Origin: Clostridia bacterium
Lineage (GTDB): Bacteria; Bacillota; Clostridia; Oscillospirales; CAG-272
Length of the DNA stretch: 44,984 bases
Assembly (NCBI GenBank): GCA_017452665.1
Contig: JAFTLZ010000104.1
Location: 1 to 44,984 of the forward strand
Reading direction: 5' to 3'
Position 1 is the stretch's first letter. The number at the start of each line of letters is the position of its first letter. The translations under genes and the position numbers were made by a program. The notes below the pieces were generated by a model that was not told where the DNA came from, searched no databases, and worked only from the letters and a program-made list of their open reading frames with translations. Below, piece after piece: positions 34,942 to 44,262 of the stretch.

Positions 34942-36352
34942 GCCTCCTTTTTACAAGAGATTGATAATCCAATCTGTATTTTTTTAAAATATCTGCGGCA
35001 TAGGAGCTGCTGACCTTGCTTTTTTTGGTAATTTTATACGTGCGGGTATTCCCGGCATTGATATCTACTAAGGGCTGTAAAATCGGAAAATCCGCTTTTT
35101 CGACCTCGTAAAAATGCGTTACAAAAATTCCGCATTTTTTGTGCGTTTTCATTTTGTCGGCAACGTCCAGTGCCAACTGACTCCCGCGCTGATCGTCGGT
35201 TCCGCTGAAGGTTTCATTAAAAAGAAAAAATGCATTCGGTTGCCTCAGCATTTCCTCAACCCGTAAAAACTCCTCATCCAAACGCCCCACGTTTGTAAAG
35301 CATTCGTCTTTGGGAAAATGCGATAAAACCGTATCAAACGGGAAGATCTCGGCTTTTTTTGCAAAAATCGGACAGCCGCTCAAAAAAAGAATCAGATTGA
35401 TTCCAACGGTTCGTATATAGGTGGTTTTTCCACCGCCGTTTGCACCTAACAGGAAAAAGAAAGGTTCTTCTTCCGTTACAAAAATATCATTCGGTATGAC
35501 AGGATTCACATTTTTGGAAATCAAAAAAACATCATACGCATCCGTAGCCCAAATTTCTTTTCGGGGCGCTATCAATGGATAGCAGTGGGGCAGGCTGTGC
35601 TTTTTTGTAAAACGGTGTACTTCCAAAAAGAATTTTAATTCTTTTCGATCATTCAAAAAGTCCGCAATCGGAAGGCTGTCGTATCGGTCGTGATAGGTTT
35701 TCAGCGCGTTGATTTGAGCAGGGAATAACGCTGTTACAGCATGGGATAGTGTTTCATCCGGAGGGATGGAATCGGATTTTTGCGGTTCTGTTTTTAACCC
35801 TAATGATTTTGCCGAAGCAACGATACGTTCATAAAAGGATTCGCTTTGATGATCGGGCGTGAGCCAGGATTGAACAGAGAAGCTGAGATCAAACAACTGA
35901 ACGGTACTAAGCAGATGTTCCATTTCTGCCAAATCGGCTTTGACAGAAGCGAGCAAATTCAAATGAGCCGAGTTGCTTCGAGCTTCAATGATTCGATCGG
36001 TTAACGAACATCCTTTTAACAAAGACAGAGCCTGATGTGCATCAAGGTATCCTTTTAACTGTTCTTTCAGGATCCAAAAACGCGAAACCGTGTTTGCAGA
36101 TTGCCGCTTCAGAATCTCAAGCTTGTTTAAGCGTTCCAGAACCGTATAAAAAGCAGATACTTTTTCAAAAAAGTCGGTGTTTTCCAAAAGCCGAAAAAAA
36201 TCCTGCCGCGCTTTGATTTCTGCCGCATCACAAGGATGCGAAAGAACCTGAACGACATCATCCGAAAAGATTTGTGCAAATTGCAAATCTTGAAATACGG
36301 AAAAAGGAATTCGTCTTTCACCTTGCAAATTCAAAAAAGAGCGAGCTTTCAT
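34925..36352 (-). CDS. MutS-related protein, ATPase domain V only (partner A)
   Basis: VIPND, GANGGGKTTYIR, GRLDEE, LFNETFSGT, FVTHF, SSYAADI. Confidence 0.85.
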   Translation of the reverse strand: MKARSFLNLQGERRIPFSVFQDLQFAQIFSDDVVQVLSHPCDAAEIKARQDFFRLLENTDFFEKVSAFYTVLERLNKLEILKRQSANTVSRFWILKEQLKGYLDAHQALSLLKGCSLTDRIIEARSNSAHLNLLASVKADLAEMEHLLSTVQLFDLSFSVQSWLTPDHQSESFYERIVASAKSLGLKTEPQKSDSIPPDETLSHAVTALFPAQINALKTYHDRYDSLPIADFLNDRKELKFFLEVHRFTKKHSLPHCYPLIAPRKEIWATDAYDVFLISKNVNPVIPNDIFVTEEEPFFFLLGANGGGKTTYIRTVGINLILFLSGCPIFAKKAEIFPFDTVLSHFPKDECFTNVGRLDEEFLRVEEMLRQPNAFFLFNETFSGTDDQRGSQLALDVADKMKTHKKCGIFVTHFYEVEKADFPILQPLVDINAGNTRTYKITKKSKVSSSYAADILKKYRLDYQSLVKRRHGDAT

Positions 36353-36912
36353 TTGCGATCCTCCAATTCATCCAGAAAAGAAGACAAGGTATAAAGATAA
36401 AAATCGTTTACAAGCTGTCCTCTGCCAATAATTTCGCTTTTTTTGTCTTGCGTCGTAAATCTGACTTCATAACAAGTGGGGTTGATCAGTAAAATCGGTT
36501 TGAATTCCTTAATATACCAATCCTCCCGAAACCGGTATCGGAATTGAAATTTCGGAACCGGCTTCCATTTGGAATCCACAGGGGTTTTCATCAGCTGCAT
36601 TCCCGCCGCCATGGCAATAAAGCTGCGAATAAAATAACGCCCATTATCGGTAAAAAATAATTCGGTGTGATATTTTTTCATCGCCCACAGTTTTACGGAG
36701 TATACCGCAGTATTTTTGACGATATAAAAATCACATTTTTCACCTTTTCTGCTTCCCAAAAACCAAAAGAAATGGGTTTTGATCAGCTGGCAATGATTCC
36801 TCGTACAAAACCGTTTGATTTTGATCAGTAGTGTCAGCCGCTTGACCAAAATGCGAATATAAGGAATCAAAAAGAGAATCAGTATGATACCAAAAACAAC
36901 GATCCATTCCAT
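36349..36912 (-). CDS. hypothetical protein with N-terminal membrane anchor
   Basis: single TM helix then a basic soluble domain; ATGA overlap with the MutS-like gene; start 36912 or 36921. Confidence 0.7.
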   Translation of the reverse strand: MEWIVVFGIILILFLIPYIRILVKRLTLLIKIKRFCTRNHCQLIKTHFFWFLGSRKGEKCDFYIVKNTAVYSVKLWAMKKYHTELFFTDNGRYFIRSFIAMAAGMQLMKTPVDSKWKPVPKFQFRYRFREDWYIKEFKPILLINPTCYEVRFTTQDKKSEIIGRGQLVNDFYLYTLSSFLDELEDRK

Positions 36913-37151
36913 AATCAACATTCACCTGTCATAAATTAGGATTTTAAAAAATGATAACAATCCTTATTTATATTTTAACATATAAAAATAAAAATTTCAA
37001 CCGTTTCAAATGCAAATATGATTGGTTGTTTTGTACAAAAATTATCATAGGACTTTGTTATCTTATTAGAACCAACGTTGTCTCGCCTATATGATATAAT
37101 AAAACCATAACGTATGCAGGCGATTTGATGACGGGCAATTTGTGCGATTTT

Positions 37152-37184
37152 AAAACAAAAGGGAGCAGACCTCATCTGCTCCCC
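37152..37184 (-). terminator. terminator of rubrerythrin
   Basis: minus strand GGGAGCAGA...TCTGCTCCC-TTTTGTTTT. Confidence 0.8.
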
Positions 37185-37196
37185 AAGCGTTAAAAA

Positions 37197-37748
37197 TTAT
37201 TTTCCAAAGTATCTCTCCAGCAGACCGGCAAACGCTCTGCCGTGGCGAGCCTCGTCCTTTGCCATTTCGTGCACGGTGTCGTGAATAGCATCCAGATTGA
37301 GCTGCTTTGCCATTTTTGCAAGCTCAAATTTGCCTGCCGTTGCGCCGTTTTCTGCCTCTACGCGAACCGCAAGGTTCTTTTCAGTCGAGTCGGAAACGCA
37401 CTCACCCAACAGCTCTGCAAACTTTGCTGCGTGTTCAGCTTCTTCCAGTGCGGCTTCTTTCCAGTAGAGCGCGATTTCGGGGTAGCCCTCACGTGCTGCC
37501 ACGCGGGACATTGCCAAGTACATACCAACCTCGGTGCATTCGCCCTGGAAGTTTGCGCGCAGGCCCTCAATAATTTCAGCGGGAGCGTCCTTCGCAATTC
37601 CAACCACGTGCTCGGTTGCCCAGGTCATCTCTGCGGACTCAACGATCTCCTCAAACTTCTCGCCCGGCGCCTTGCAAAGCGGACATTTGTCGGGACGAAC
37701 GTCCGACTCTACGATTTCACCGCAAACGGTGCATCTCCATTTTTTCAT
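37197..37748 (-). CDS. rbr: reverse rubrerythrin (NADH peroxidase)
   Basis: N-terminal rubredoxin CTVC...CPLC; ferritin-like [20 protein letters not shown]. Confidence 0.93.
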   Translation of the reverse strand: MKKWRCTVCGEIVESDVRPDKCPLCKAPGEKFEEIVESAEMTWATEHVVGIAKDAPAEIIEGLRANFQGECTEVGMYLAMSRVAAREGYPEIALYWKEAALEEAEHAAKFAELLGECVSDSTEKNLAVRVEAENGATAGKFELAKMAKQLNLDAIHDTVHEMAKDEARHGRAFAGLLERYFGK

Positions 37749-37802
37749 AAGAAAAATCTCCTTTTATGTAGTTTCGAAAAAACTGTTTTTTTCGGCACTA
37801 TT

Positions 37803-37831
37803 ATTCTAACACATTTTTATCCGTCTGTCAA
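37803..37831 (-). promoter_or_regulatory. sigma-A promoter of rubrerythrin
   Basis: TTGACA-17 nt-TAGAAT with extended TG. Confidence 0.75.
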
Positions 37832-37875
37832 TTCCCAAACGACAGAATTTTTTTTAAAATCTTTGGGAAAACATC

Positions 37876-37904
37876 TTGACTTTATCTGCTTTTTGGAGTA
37901 AAAT
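37876..37904 (+). promoter_or_regulatory. sigma-A promoter of the carboxypeptidase
   Basis: TTGACT-17 nt-TAAAAT. Confidence 0.65.
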
Positions 37905-37923
37905 TTATAGTAAAGGAAGAAAA

Positions 37924-39054
37924 ATGAAAGGATACCTTTGCGTGGAACAACAAAACAAAACTCCTGTTGCAAAAAAGCGGAATTCGGAAGCGCTTTTGGC
38001 AATATTTTTTATTTTACTGTGCTTTTTTATTGCTATTTTAAGCGTGGTTCTGCTGGCGCGCTCCTGCTCCATGTCGCCTGATAAAGGAGATACGAGCGAC
38101 AGCGAAAGCGAAACCACAACCGAGACACCGCCTCCCGTGGACGTTCCCGTATTTGCCGGAGGCACGGTCCCAACACCGCCCTATGCAAGCAGCTCCACCG
38201 CAGCCATCAGCGCTTCGTTGGCATCGCAATATGTCGCACTCGTCAATGCCGAAACCGGTGAGATCGTTGCATCGCTGAATTCCAACGCCCGTTTTTCGCC
38301 TGCTTCCATGACCAAGGTGATGACCTTGATCGTTGCCTGCGAAATGCTCAATGAGGACGATCTTGATGCCAAGCTGACAATGACGCAGGAGATCTATGAT
38401 TACGTCCGCTCCGGTGATTATTTTGGTTCTACGATCTTTGGAATCGACGTTGGAGATGAATATGTCCTGCGCGATCTGCTGTACGGAATCGGTATGGAAT
38501 CCGCATCCGATTGCGTGATGCCCGTCGTTCTGTATCTATGCGATTCTGAGGCGGATTTTGCGGTTTTGATGAATCAAAAGGCGACAGAGCTGGGACTGAA
38601 AAACACCAAGTTTGATAACGCCATCGGCTACGACAGCGAAAACAATTATACCACTGCCGAGGATATGGCCGTGATTATGGCGTATGCAATGCAGAGCGAT
38701 TTGATCCGCGATATTTTGGGAAAAGAGACCTACCGCAGTTACGCGGCAGGGTATAATTCTTCAGGCGAATACGTTCCCAGCTTTGGATTCACTTTTTACA
38801 GCACGCTGTTTGGCTCTCATGATAGTAGCCGTATGTCGGCATACAAATCGCACTACGGCACGGCATTCTCTTTAAAAACCTCCAGGCTTCTGGCAGGCAA
38901 AACCGGATATCTGACCGATAACCATTGCTTGGTCACCTATATTTCTGCCAATTCCGGCGGGACAAAATATGTGCTGATTCTTGGCGGCAGTGCCCAAAAG
39001 CAATACCGCACCATGGCAGACCTCAAAGAAATTCTGGATACCTACATCCCATAA
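37924..39054 (+). CDS. D-alanyl-D-alanine carboxypeptidase (peptidase S11) with N-terminal anchor
   Basis: PASMTK (SxxK), ESASD at the SxN position, MNQKATELGLKNT, GKTGY. Confidence 0.88.
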   Translation: MKGYLCVEQQNKTPVAKKRNSEALLAIFFILLCFFIAILSVVLLARSCSMSPDKGDTSDSESETTTETPPPVDVPVFAGGTVPTPPYASSSTAAISASLASQYVALVNAETGEIVASLNSNARFSPASMTKVMTLIVACEMLNEDDLDAKLTMTQEIYDYVRSGDYFGSTIFGIDVGDEYVLRDLLYGIGMESASDCVMPVVLYLCDSEADFAVLMNQKATELGLKNTKFDNAIGYDSENNYTTAEDMAVIMAYAMQSDLIRDILGKETYRSYAAGYNSSGEYVPSFGFTFYSTLFGSHDSSRMSAYKSHYGTAFSLKTSRLLAGKTGYLTDNHCLVTYISANSGGTKYVLILGGSAQKQYRTMADLKEILDTYIP

Positions 39055-39117
39055 AAAATCACGTTTCCTTGCCGTTTCGTATATACTGTAACGAGAACAG
39101 CAAGGAGGCGTTTTTGT

Positions 39118-39675
39118 ATGCTGATTACAAAAGATTATAACCGCGAGCGTGCCGTGGAGTATGCCAAAGCCTGGGCAATGAGCCGCAATCCTTTGTTTGC
39201 GGATTTTACCGGGATCGGTGGAAATTGCACCAATTTCGTATCGCAAAGTATCCTGGCAGGGAGCTGCACGATGAACTATACCCCCAATTTTGGCTGGTAT
39301 TACATCTCGCTGGAGGAGCGCGCTCCCGCATGGAGCAGTGTAGAATACTTTTACGATTTTATGACGGGAAAGGAACGCTTTGCCGAACAGAACGGCGGAA
39401 TCGGCCCGTTTGCAACCGAGGTGCCGCGTGAGTCGGCAGAGCTTGGAGACGTTGTACAGTATGCAACCGCAGAAGGGGATTGGTACCACACCGTCATCAT
39501 TACGGGCTTTGACGGAGAAGAGATCTTAGTCAGCGCGCAATCCGACGATGCGCTTGACCGACCGATTTCTTCTTATAATTTTGCCCAAGCACGTTTTTTA
39601 CACATAGAGGGGGTGCGGGTGGAGCTGAGCGACGACAGCTGCTTCGAAATTCTCTTGCGCGGCGGTAATGAATAA
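39118..39675 (+). CDS. putative amidase domain (Amidase_6) protein
   Basis: YNRERAVEYAKAWA, GGNCTNFVSQ, GDVVQY, WYHTVII; AAGGAGG RBS. Confidence 0.85.
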   Translation: MLITKDYNRERAVEYAKAWAMSRNPLFADFTGIGGNCTNFVSQSILAGSCTMNYTPNFGWYYISLEERAPAWSSVEYFYDFMTGKERFAEQNGGIGPFATEVPRESAELGDVVQYATAEGDWYHTVIITGFDGEEILVSAQSDDALDRPISSYNFAQARFLHIEGVRVELSDDSCFEILLRGGNE

Positions 39676-39732
39676 AAAGGGGGTGAGTATCAAATGCGAA
39701 AAACGCATTTGATACTCACCTCCGTCGTTTTT
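39674..39732. terminator. intrinsic terminator
   Basis: GGTGAGTATCAAATGCG-AAAAA-CGCATTTGATACTCACC perfect 17-bp stem. Confidence 0.8.
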
Positions 39733-39835
39733 GCTTGACGGCTAAACGCCGTCATTTTTGCCCTTTTGATGGTTTTATATGTATTTCGGATAGAAAACGG
39801 GCAAAAAACGCAAATTCCGCAGCCCCTTTTGGTTT

Positions 39836-40555
39836 TCAACGCATTTCCTCAATGTGGTAAATGTAATCCAGCGAACGCAAAGCTTCAATAATTTCCTTAT
39901 GCGTTTTATATTTTTTCAGCTCCTTGCTGTCAATAGAGATTGCAATCGAGTAAACGCTGAGTCCGGAATTCTGATATGCGGTGTTGGATTCGATGTCATC
40001 CACACGCATTCCCAGCTCGCGGATCGTCGTCACAAAATTTTGCAGATACGCAATATTCTTCAGCTCCAGATGGATCTCAAAATGGTTGGAGCGGTTTTTC
40101 AGATACCGTTCAAACGAGGGGAAGATCGACAGCGCACAAAGCAGGGCAATGAATGCAACCAACGTAACGGTATAAAATCCCGCACCGATGCAAAGACCGA
40201 TAATTCCGCATGCCCAAAGACCGACCGAGGTCGTCAATCCTCGAATTTGACTGCGAGAATTGTAAAGAATGGAATTGACCGTGATGATGGCAATGCCGAT
40301 CACGCTGGCGGCAGAGATCAGATAAAATCCGGTGGCAACGCCTTGCATCAGGTAAATATCCAACAGCATCGAGGCAGTGGATGCCAACGCAACCACCATA
40401 AAGGTTCGAAGCCCTGCAGAGTGCCGTTTGCTGGAGCGCTCGCATCCCAAAATGGCAGAGAGAAGCAAGCAGAGCAAAACACGCAGGATCACGGAATAAA
40501 GATTCAACTCGGAGGCCCAAGCTCCAAGCAATTTTGCAATCGGATCGTTTATCAT
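39836..40555 (-). CDS. MgtC/SapB family protein
   Basis: LGCER..KRHSAGLRTF, IRGLTTSVGLW, GLCIGAGFY; soluble C-terminal domain. Confidence 0.9.
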   Translation of the reverse strand: MINDPIAKLLGAWASELNLYSVILRVLLCLLLSAILGCERSSKRHSAGLRTFMVVALASTASMLLDIYLMQGVATGFYLISAASVIGIAIITVNSILYNSRSQIRGLTTSVGLWACGIIGLCIGAGFYTVTLVAFIALLCALSIFPSFERYLKNRSNHFEIHLELKNIAYLQNFVTTIRELGMRVDDIESNTAYQNSGLSVYSIAISIDSKELKKYKTHKEIIEALRSLDYIYHIEEMR

Positions 40556-40567
40556 AACAGTTCTCCT

Positions 40568-42022
40568 TTATTTTTTGATTTGACGCTGATGCTGACGTCG
40601 GTTCGGCATCATGCCGTACTGTTCCTCAGCTGCCTCAGTGAACGCTTGCTCGTTTTCCTCATTTGCAAGCATCACAGGAGGAATGTGCTCTTGAATTTTC
40701 TGAATCCGTTCGATCAATAGCTCCACCTCGTTCTTTGGTTTTCCGGAGGCGTGCGTTTCTTCCACGGGAGCCAGATCCTCCAATGCGTTGGAGTAAGAGC
40801 CGGAAAGATACAGCGAAAGCTTTGCACACGCAGGGCCAACCAACTCATATAGGATACTCGATGCCAAAATGATGGTTTCCAGCGCAACGCCAATTTCGCC
40901 GCCAAGGGTTCTGGCGCCCATCGTTGCAAGACCAATGGCAACGCCTGCCTGCGGGATCAATGCAAGACCGAGATAGTTTCGTACCTTGCAGGATTTTTGC
41001 GTTACGAAGGACCCCAAAAACGCGCCAACGTATTTTCCCGCAATTCGAACGATAAAATAAAGCAATCCCACCACGATCAGCGGCGTCGTTCCGATAGAGC
41101 CCAGGGAAGAGAAGAGGGAATCCAGCCGGAAATTGACGCTGGAGCGCACGAAATACAGCAGTAGAATCGGTGGACTGAAATAGTTGAGCTGCTTGAAGAG
41201 CTTGTCGTCACCGGTGATGTTGATGTAAACGGTTCCCATCGACATACATCCCAGCAGCGGAGAAATATCCAACAGCGCGCAAATGCCGCAAAAAGCAAAC
41301 AAGCAGGCAATGGAAATGATCAAGCGGTTGTCGGTAGAACGGTTCTTCGGCATCAACAGCTTCATCAGTACTCCAAACACACCGCCAAAGATCAAAACGC
41401 CGATGTTGGTCAACAGAGGCATTACAATATTGATAGGTGAGATGGGATCCCCGGAGTTGTACGCAACCGCCACCGAAATTGCCACGCTGTAAGCCAGCAG
41501 TGCCACGATGTTATCTACCGCCACCACCTGCAGCAGCGTATTGACAAAGTCCCCCTTGGCGCCTGTTTGACGAATGGTCATCATGGTGGAGGCAGATGCC
41601 GTAGCCGCGGCAAGTGCCGAGAGTACGATTGAAAAGGCAAATTGCAACCGCAGAATGCAAAACGTCAGGATAAAAATGAAAACCGACGCCATGCAAGCTT
41701 CCATCAAAGTGATCACCAGTACCTTTACGCCGTTCTTTTTTAAAATATGTAGCTTAAAAAATTCTCCCGTGCTGAATGCAATCAGCGCAAGTGCAATATC
41801 CGAGCAGAATTCCATTCCGTTCACAACGGTTTGCGGGATCAGATCCAGACAGTAAGGCCCGATCAAAATACCCGTCAAAATATACGCCGTTACATTTGGT
41901 AGGCGTAGCCGTTTGGTCAATCGGGTCATCGCAAAGCCGAAAAACAGCATAAAAGCAATGGCAATGATCACCGATGCAACCGACGAGCGGCTTTCCAGCA
42001 GTTGATGCAAGCTTGATAACAA
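40568..42022 (-). CDS. cation:proton antiporter (CPA2 / Na_H_Exchanger family)
   Basis: LPNVTAYILTGILIGP, IAFSTGEFF, VVAVDN, PQAGVAIGLA, YELVGP; about 12 TM helices. Confidence 0.9.
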   Translation of the reverse strand: MLSSLHQLLESRSSVASVIIAIAFMLFFGFAMTRLTKRLRLPNVTAYILTGILIGPYCLDLIPQTVVNGMEFCSDIALALIAFSTGEFFKLHILKKNGVKVLVITLMEACMASVFIFILTFCILRLQFAFSIVLSALAAATASASTMMTIRQTGAKGDFVNTLLQVVAVDNIVALLAYSVAISVAVAYNSGDPISPINIVMPLLTNIGVLIFGGVFGVLMKLLMPKNRSTDNRLIISIACLFAFCGICALLDISPLLGCMSMGTVYINITGDDKLFKQLNYFSPPILLLYFVRSSVNFRLDSLFSSLGSIGTTPLIVVGLLYFIVRIAGKYVGAFLGSFVTQKSCKVRNYLGLALIPQAGVAIGLATMGARTLGGEIGVALETIILASSILYELVGPACAKLSLYLSGSYSNALEDLAPVEETHASGKPKNEVELLIERIQKIQEHIPPVMLANEENEQAFTEAAEEQYGMMPNRRQHQRQIKK

Positions 42023-42060
42023 AAGTAGTTCCTCCGTTTCTATTTGGTTAAGATTTACAT

Positions 42061-42089
42061 ATTATATCACAATGTATGGTAAAAATCAA
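42061..42089 (-). promoter_or_regulatory. sigma-A promoter of the antiporter-mgtC operon
   Basis: TTGATT-17 nt-TATAAT with extended TG. Confidence 0.65.
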
Positions 42090-42197
42090 TAGGAAAGTAA
42101 AATTTAAATCAGAGAAATGTAAAATTTGCGTAAAGTGGATGCTTTTTCAAATTCCGCATGACAATCACGCAAAAATGTGAAAAAACAACTCAAGATA

Positions 42198-42226
42198 TTG
42201 ACAGCATCATTGATTTGGTGTATAAT
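42198..42226 (+). promoter_or_regulatory. consensus sigma-A promoter
   Basis: TTGACA-17 nt-TATAAT. Confidence 0.85.
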
Positions 42227-42262
42227 AAAAGGGATCTTTTTACACAGAAAGTAGGAACAGCA

Positions 42263-43222
42263 ATGCAAATTTTTGAGTCCGTGCTCGGACAAACTCTATA
42301 TCTTTTGATTCTGATCCTGATCGGCTTCCTTTTGGCAAAGCTGAAGATTCTGCCCGAATCCGCTGCGGGAATCCTCGGTAAGCTTGAAAATACGGTTCTG
42401 GTCCCGGCACTTGTGCTGGCAACCTTTATGAACGATTTTACCGTGACTAAGCTCGCCACATCGGGAGGAGCGTTTTTGTTCAGTGCCGTGTTGCTGATCC
42501 CCGTGGTTCCCATGGCGATCTTTCTGTCCCGTCTGCTGACCAAGGATGGCTTTACCCGCAATATTTATACATACGGTTTGGCGTTTGCTAATTTTGGGTA
42601 TATGGGGAACTCGGTCGTAAAAGCCGTGTTTCCGGGGTATTTCAGCGAGTATCTGATTTTTACCATGCCGCTGTATATCATCATCTATCTTTGGGGTGTT
42701 CCCACCCTTTTGATGAATGATGAAAAAAGCTCGTTCAAGCAAAACCTCAAATCTCTGCTCAATCCCATGTTTATCGCAATGCTGATCGGAATGGCGATCG
42801 GATTGACCTCCTCCTTGCTTCCAAGCATGACTTTGCCTACCGTCGTACAAACGCCGCTGAATGCGGTCAATAACTGCATTACCGTGCTCGGCAACTGTAT
42901 GTCGCCCGTCGCCATGCTTTTAACGGGTATCACTGTGGCGAATATCGACTTGCGCAAAACCTTTTCCAATCTCAGCATTTATGCAGTTACCGCCATCCGT
43001 CTTTTGGCGATTCCGCTTGTGTTCCTCGGTGTATTTGCCATTTTGCCCCTGCCGGAGTATTTGGAGGTTTGCGCTATGTGTGCGGTTTCCATGCCGCTGG
43101 GGCTCAACACCGTTGTAATCCCAAGTGCGTACGGAAAGGATACCTCTGTCGCTGCGGGAATGGCGCTGATTTCGCATTTGCTTTCCTGTATTACCATTCC
43201 GTTGATCTTTCTGCTGTTTTAA
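42263..43222 (+). CDS. AEC (auxin efflux carrier / malate permease) family transporter
   Basis: VLVPAL, FANFGYMG, LLNPMF, SPVAMLLTG, SMP...V, SHLLSCITIP; start 42263 lies downstream of the promoter. Confidence 0.88.
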   Translation: MQIFESVLGQTLYLLILILIGFLLAKLKILPESAAGILGKLENTVLVPALVLATFMNDFTVTKLATSGGAFLFSAVLLIPVVPMAIFLSRLLTKDGFTRNIYTYGLAFANFGYMGNSVVKAVFPGYFSEYLIFTMPLYIIIYLWGVPTLLMNDEKSSFKQNLKSLLNPMFIAMLIGMAIGLTSSLLPSMTLPTVVQTPLNAVNNCITVLGNCMSPVAMLLTGITVANIDLRKTFSNLSIYAVTAIRLLAIPLVFLGVFAILPLPEYLEVCAMCAVSMPLGLNTVVIPSAYGKDTSVAAGMALISHLLSCITIPLIFLLF

Positions 43223-43245
43223 AAAATCTAAAAAAGGAGTTCACT

Positions 43246-44154
43246 ATGAAGAAACCAATCGGAATCAGCATTTTTGCGTTACAAAAGCGATACGGAGACC
43301 GCCGCGCGCTGGAGATTTGCGCCGAAAGTGGATTTGATGCGGTGGATTTTAATCTTTGCGAATTTGGCGCGGAGGGAGAACCGATCTACGCGGCGGGGGA
43401 TGATGCCATCCTTGCATATTTTTCAGATCTGGCAGATTATGCGCGCTCGCTGGGCTTGGAGATCAGCCAAACGCACGGCAGACTCCGTAATTACGTTCCG
43501 GATGAGACATACAATCGCTGGGCGCATGAGGTCAGCCGCAAGGATCTGCTTGCCACGCACGCTCTCGGCGCTCCGTCCTGCGTGATTCACAGCATGACCA
43601 CCGGGCGCTGGCCGGAGGCAGATGCCGCATTTATGCACGCTAAAAATTTAGATTTCTTTCAAGGGCTCATTCCGTTTGCCGAGACTTATGATGTCAATCT
43701 GGCTTTGGAGACGTTTGGGGATTCCAAACGGTACGGAAAACGCGTCATCGATTTTTTTGGTGATTCCAGGGAACTGAAAAAGCAGTTTGACCTTCTGCAA
43801 ACCGATCATAAGGTGCTCTGCATGGATACGGGGCATACCAACAAGGCGCACTCGGTTGGCGCCGATGACGGGAGCGCCGTTCCGGATGTGGTAGAATCCA
43901 TCTATCTGCTTGGCTCTGATATCAAATTGTTGCACTTGAACGATAACAACGGCTTTACCGATCAGCATCTGCCCCCGATGTACAATATGCAGGGGAGCGT
44001 TCCGTGGAAAGCCGTGTTCAAGGCATTGGATGAGATCGGCTATCAGGGCGTCTATAATTTCGAGCTTTCGCTTGACAATTTCGGCGCCGCGACGGAGGAT
44101 GCCGTCCGCTTTTTGGCGGGATATTTACGCCGTGCCGTGGAAGGAACGCTGTAA
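43246..44154 (+). CDS. sugar phosphate isomerase/epimerase (xylose-isomerase-like TIM barrel)
   Basis: GFDAVD, LALET, CMDTGH, LHLNDNNGFTDQHLPP, YNFE; AAGGAG RBS. Confidence 0.87.
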   Translation: MKKPIGISIFALQKRYGDRRALEICAESGFDAVDFNLCEFGAEGEPIYAAGDDAILAYFSDLADYARSLGLEISQTHGRLRNYVPDETYNRWAHEVSRKDLLATHALGAPSCVIHSMTTGRWPEADAAFMHAKNLDFFQGLIPFAETYDVNLALETFGDSKRYGKRVIDFFGDSRELKKQFDLLQTDHKVLCMDTGHTNKAHSVGADDGSAVPDVVESIYLLGSDIKLLHLNDNNGFTDQHLPPMYNMQGSVPWKAVFKALDEIGYQGVYNFELSLDNFGAATEDAVRFLAGYLRRAVEGTL

Positions 44155-44206
44155 AAATCTTCAAAAACGCCTTTCAAAAGCACTTCAAAAACACCTCAAA
44201 AAGTGC

Positions 44207-44256
44207 AAAAAACAGCCCCAAAAGCTCTCAAAACAGAACTTTTTGGGCTGTTTTTT
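44207..44256. terminator. bidirectional terminator
   Basis: AAAAAACAGCCC...GGGCTGTTTTTT between convergent genes. Confidence 0.75.
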
Positions 44257-44262
44257 ACTCTT

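Noticed and set aside
33466-36352. Canonical mismatch-repair mutS or mutS2
   Set aside because: Too short, no mismatch-binding or Smr domain, NE at Walker B, and no mutL.
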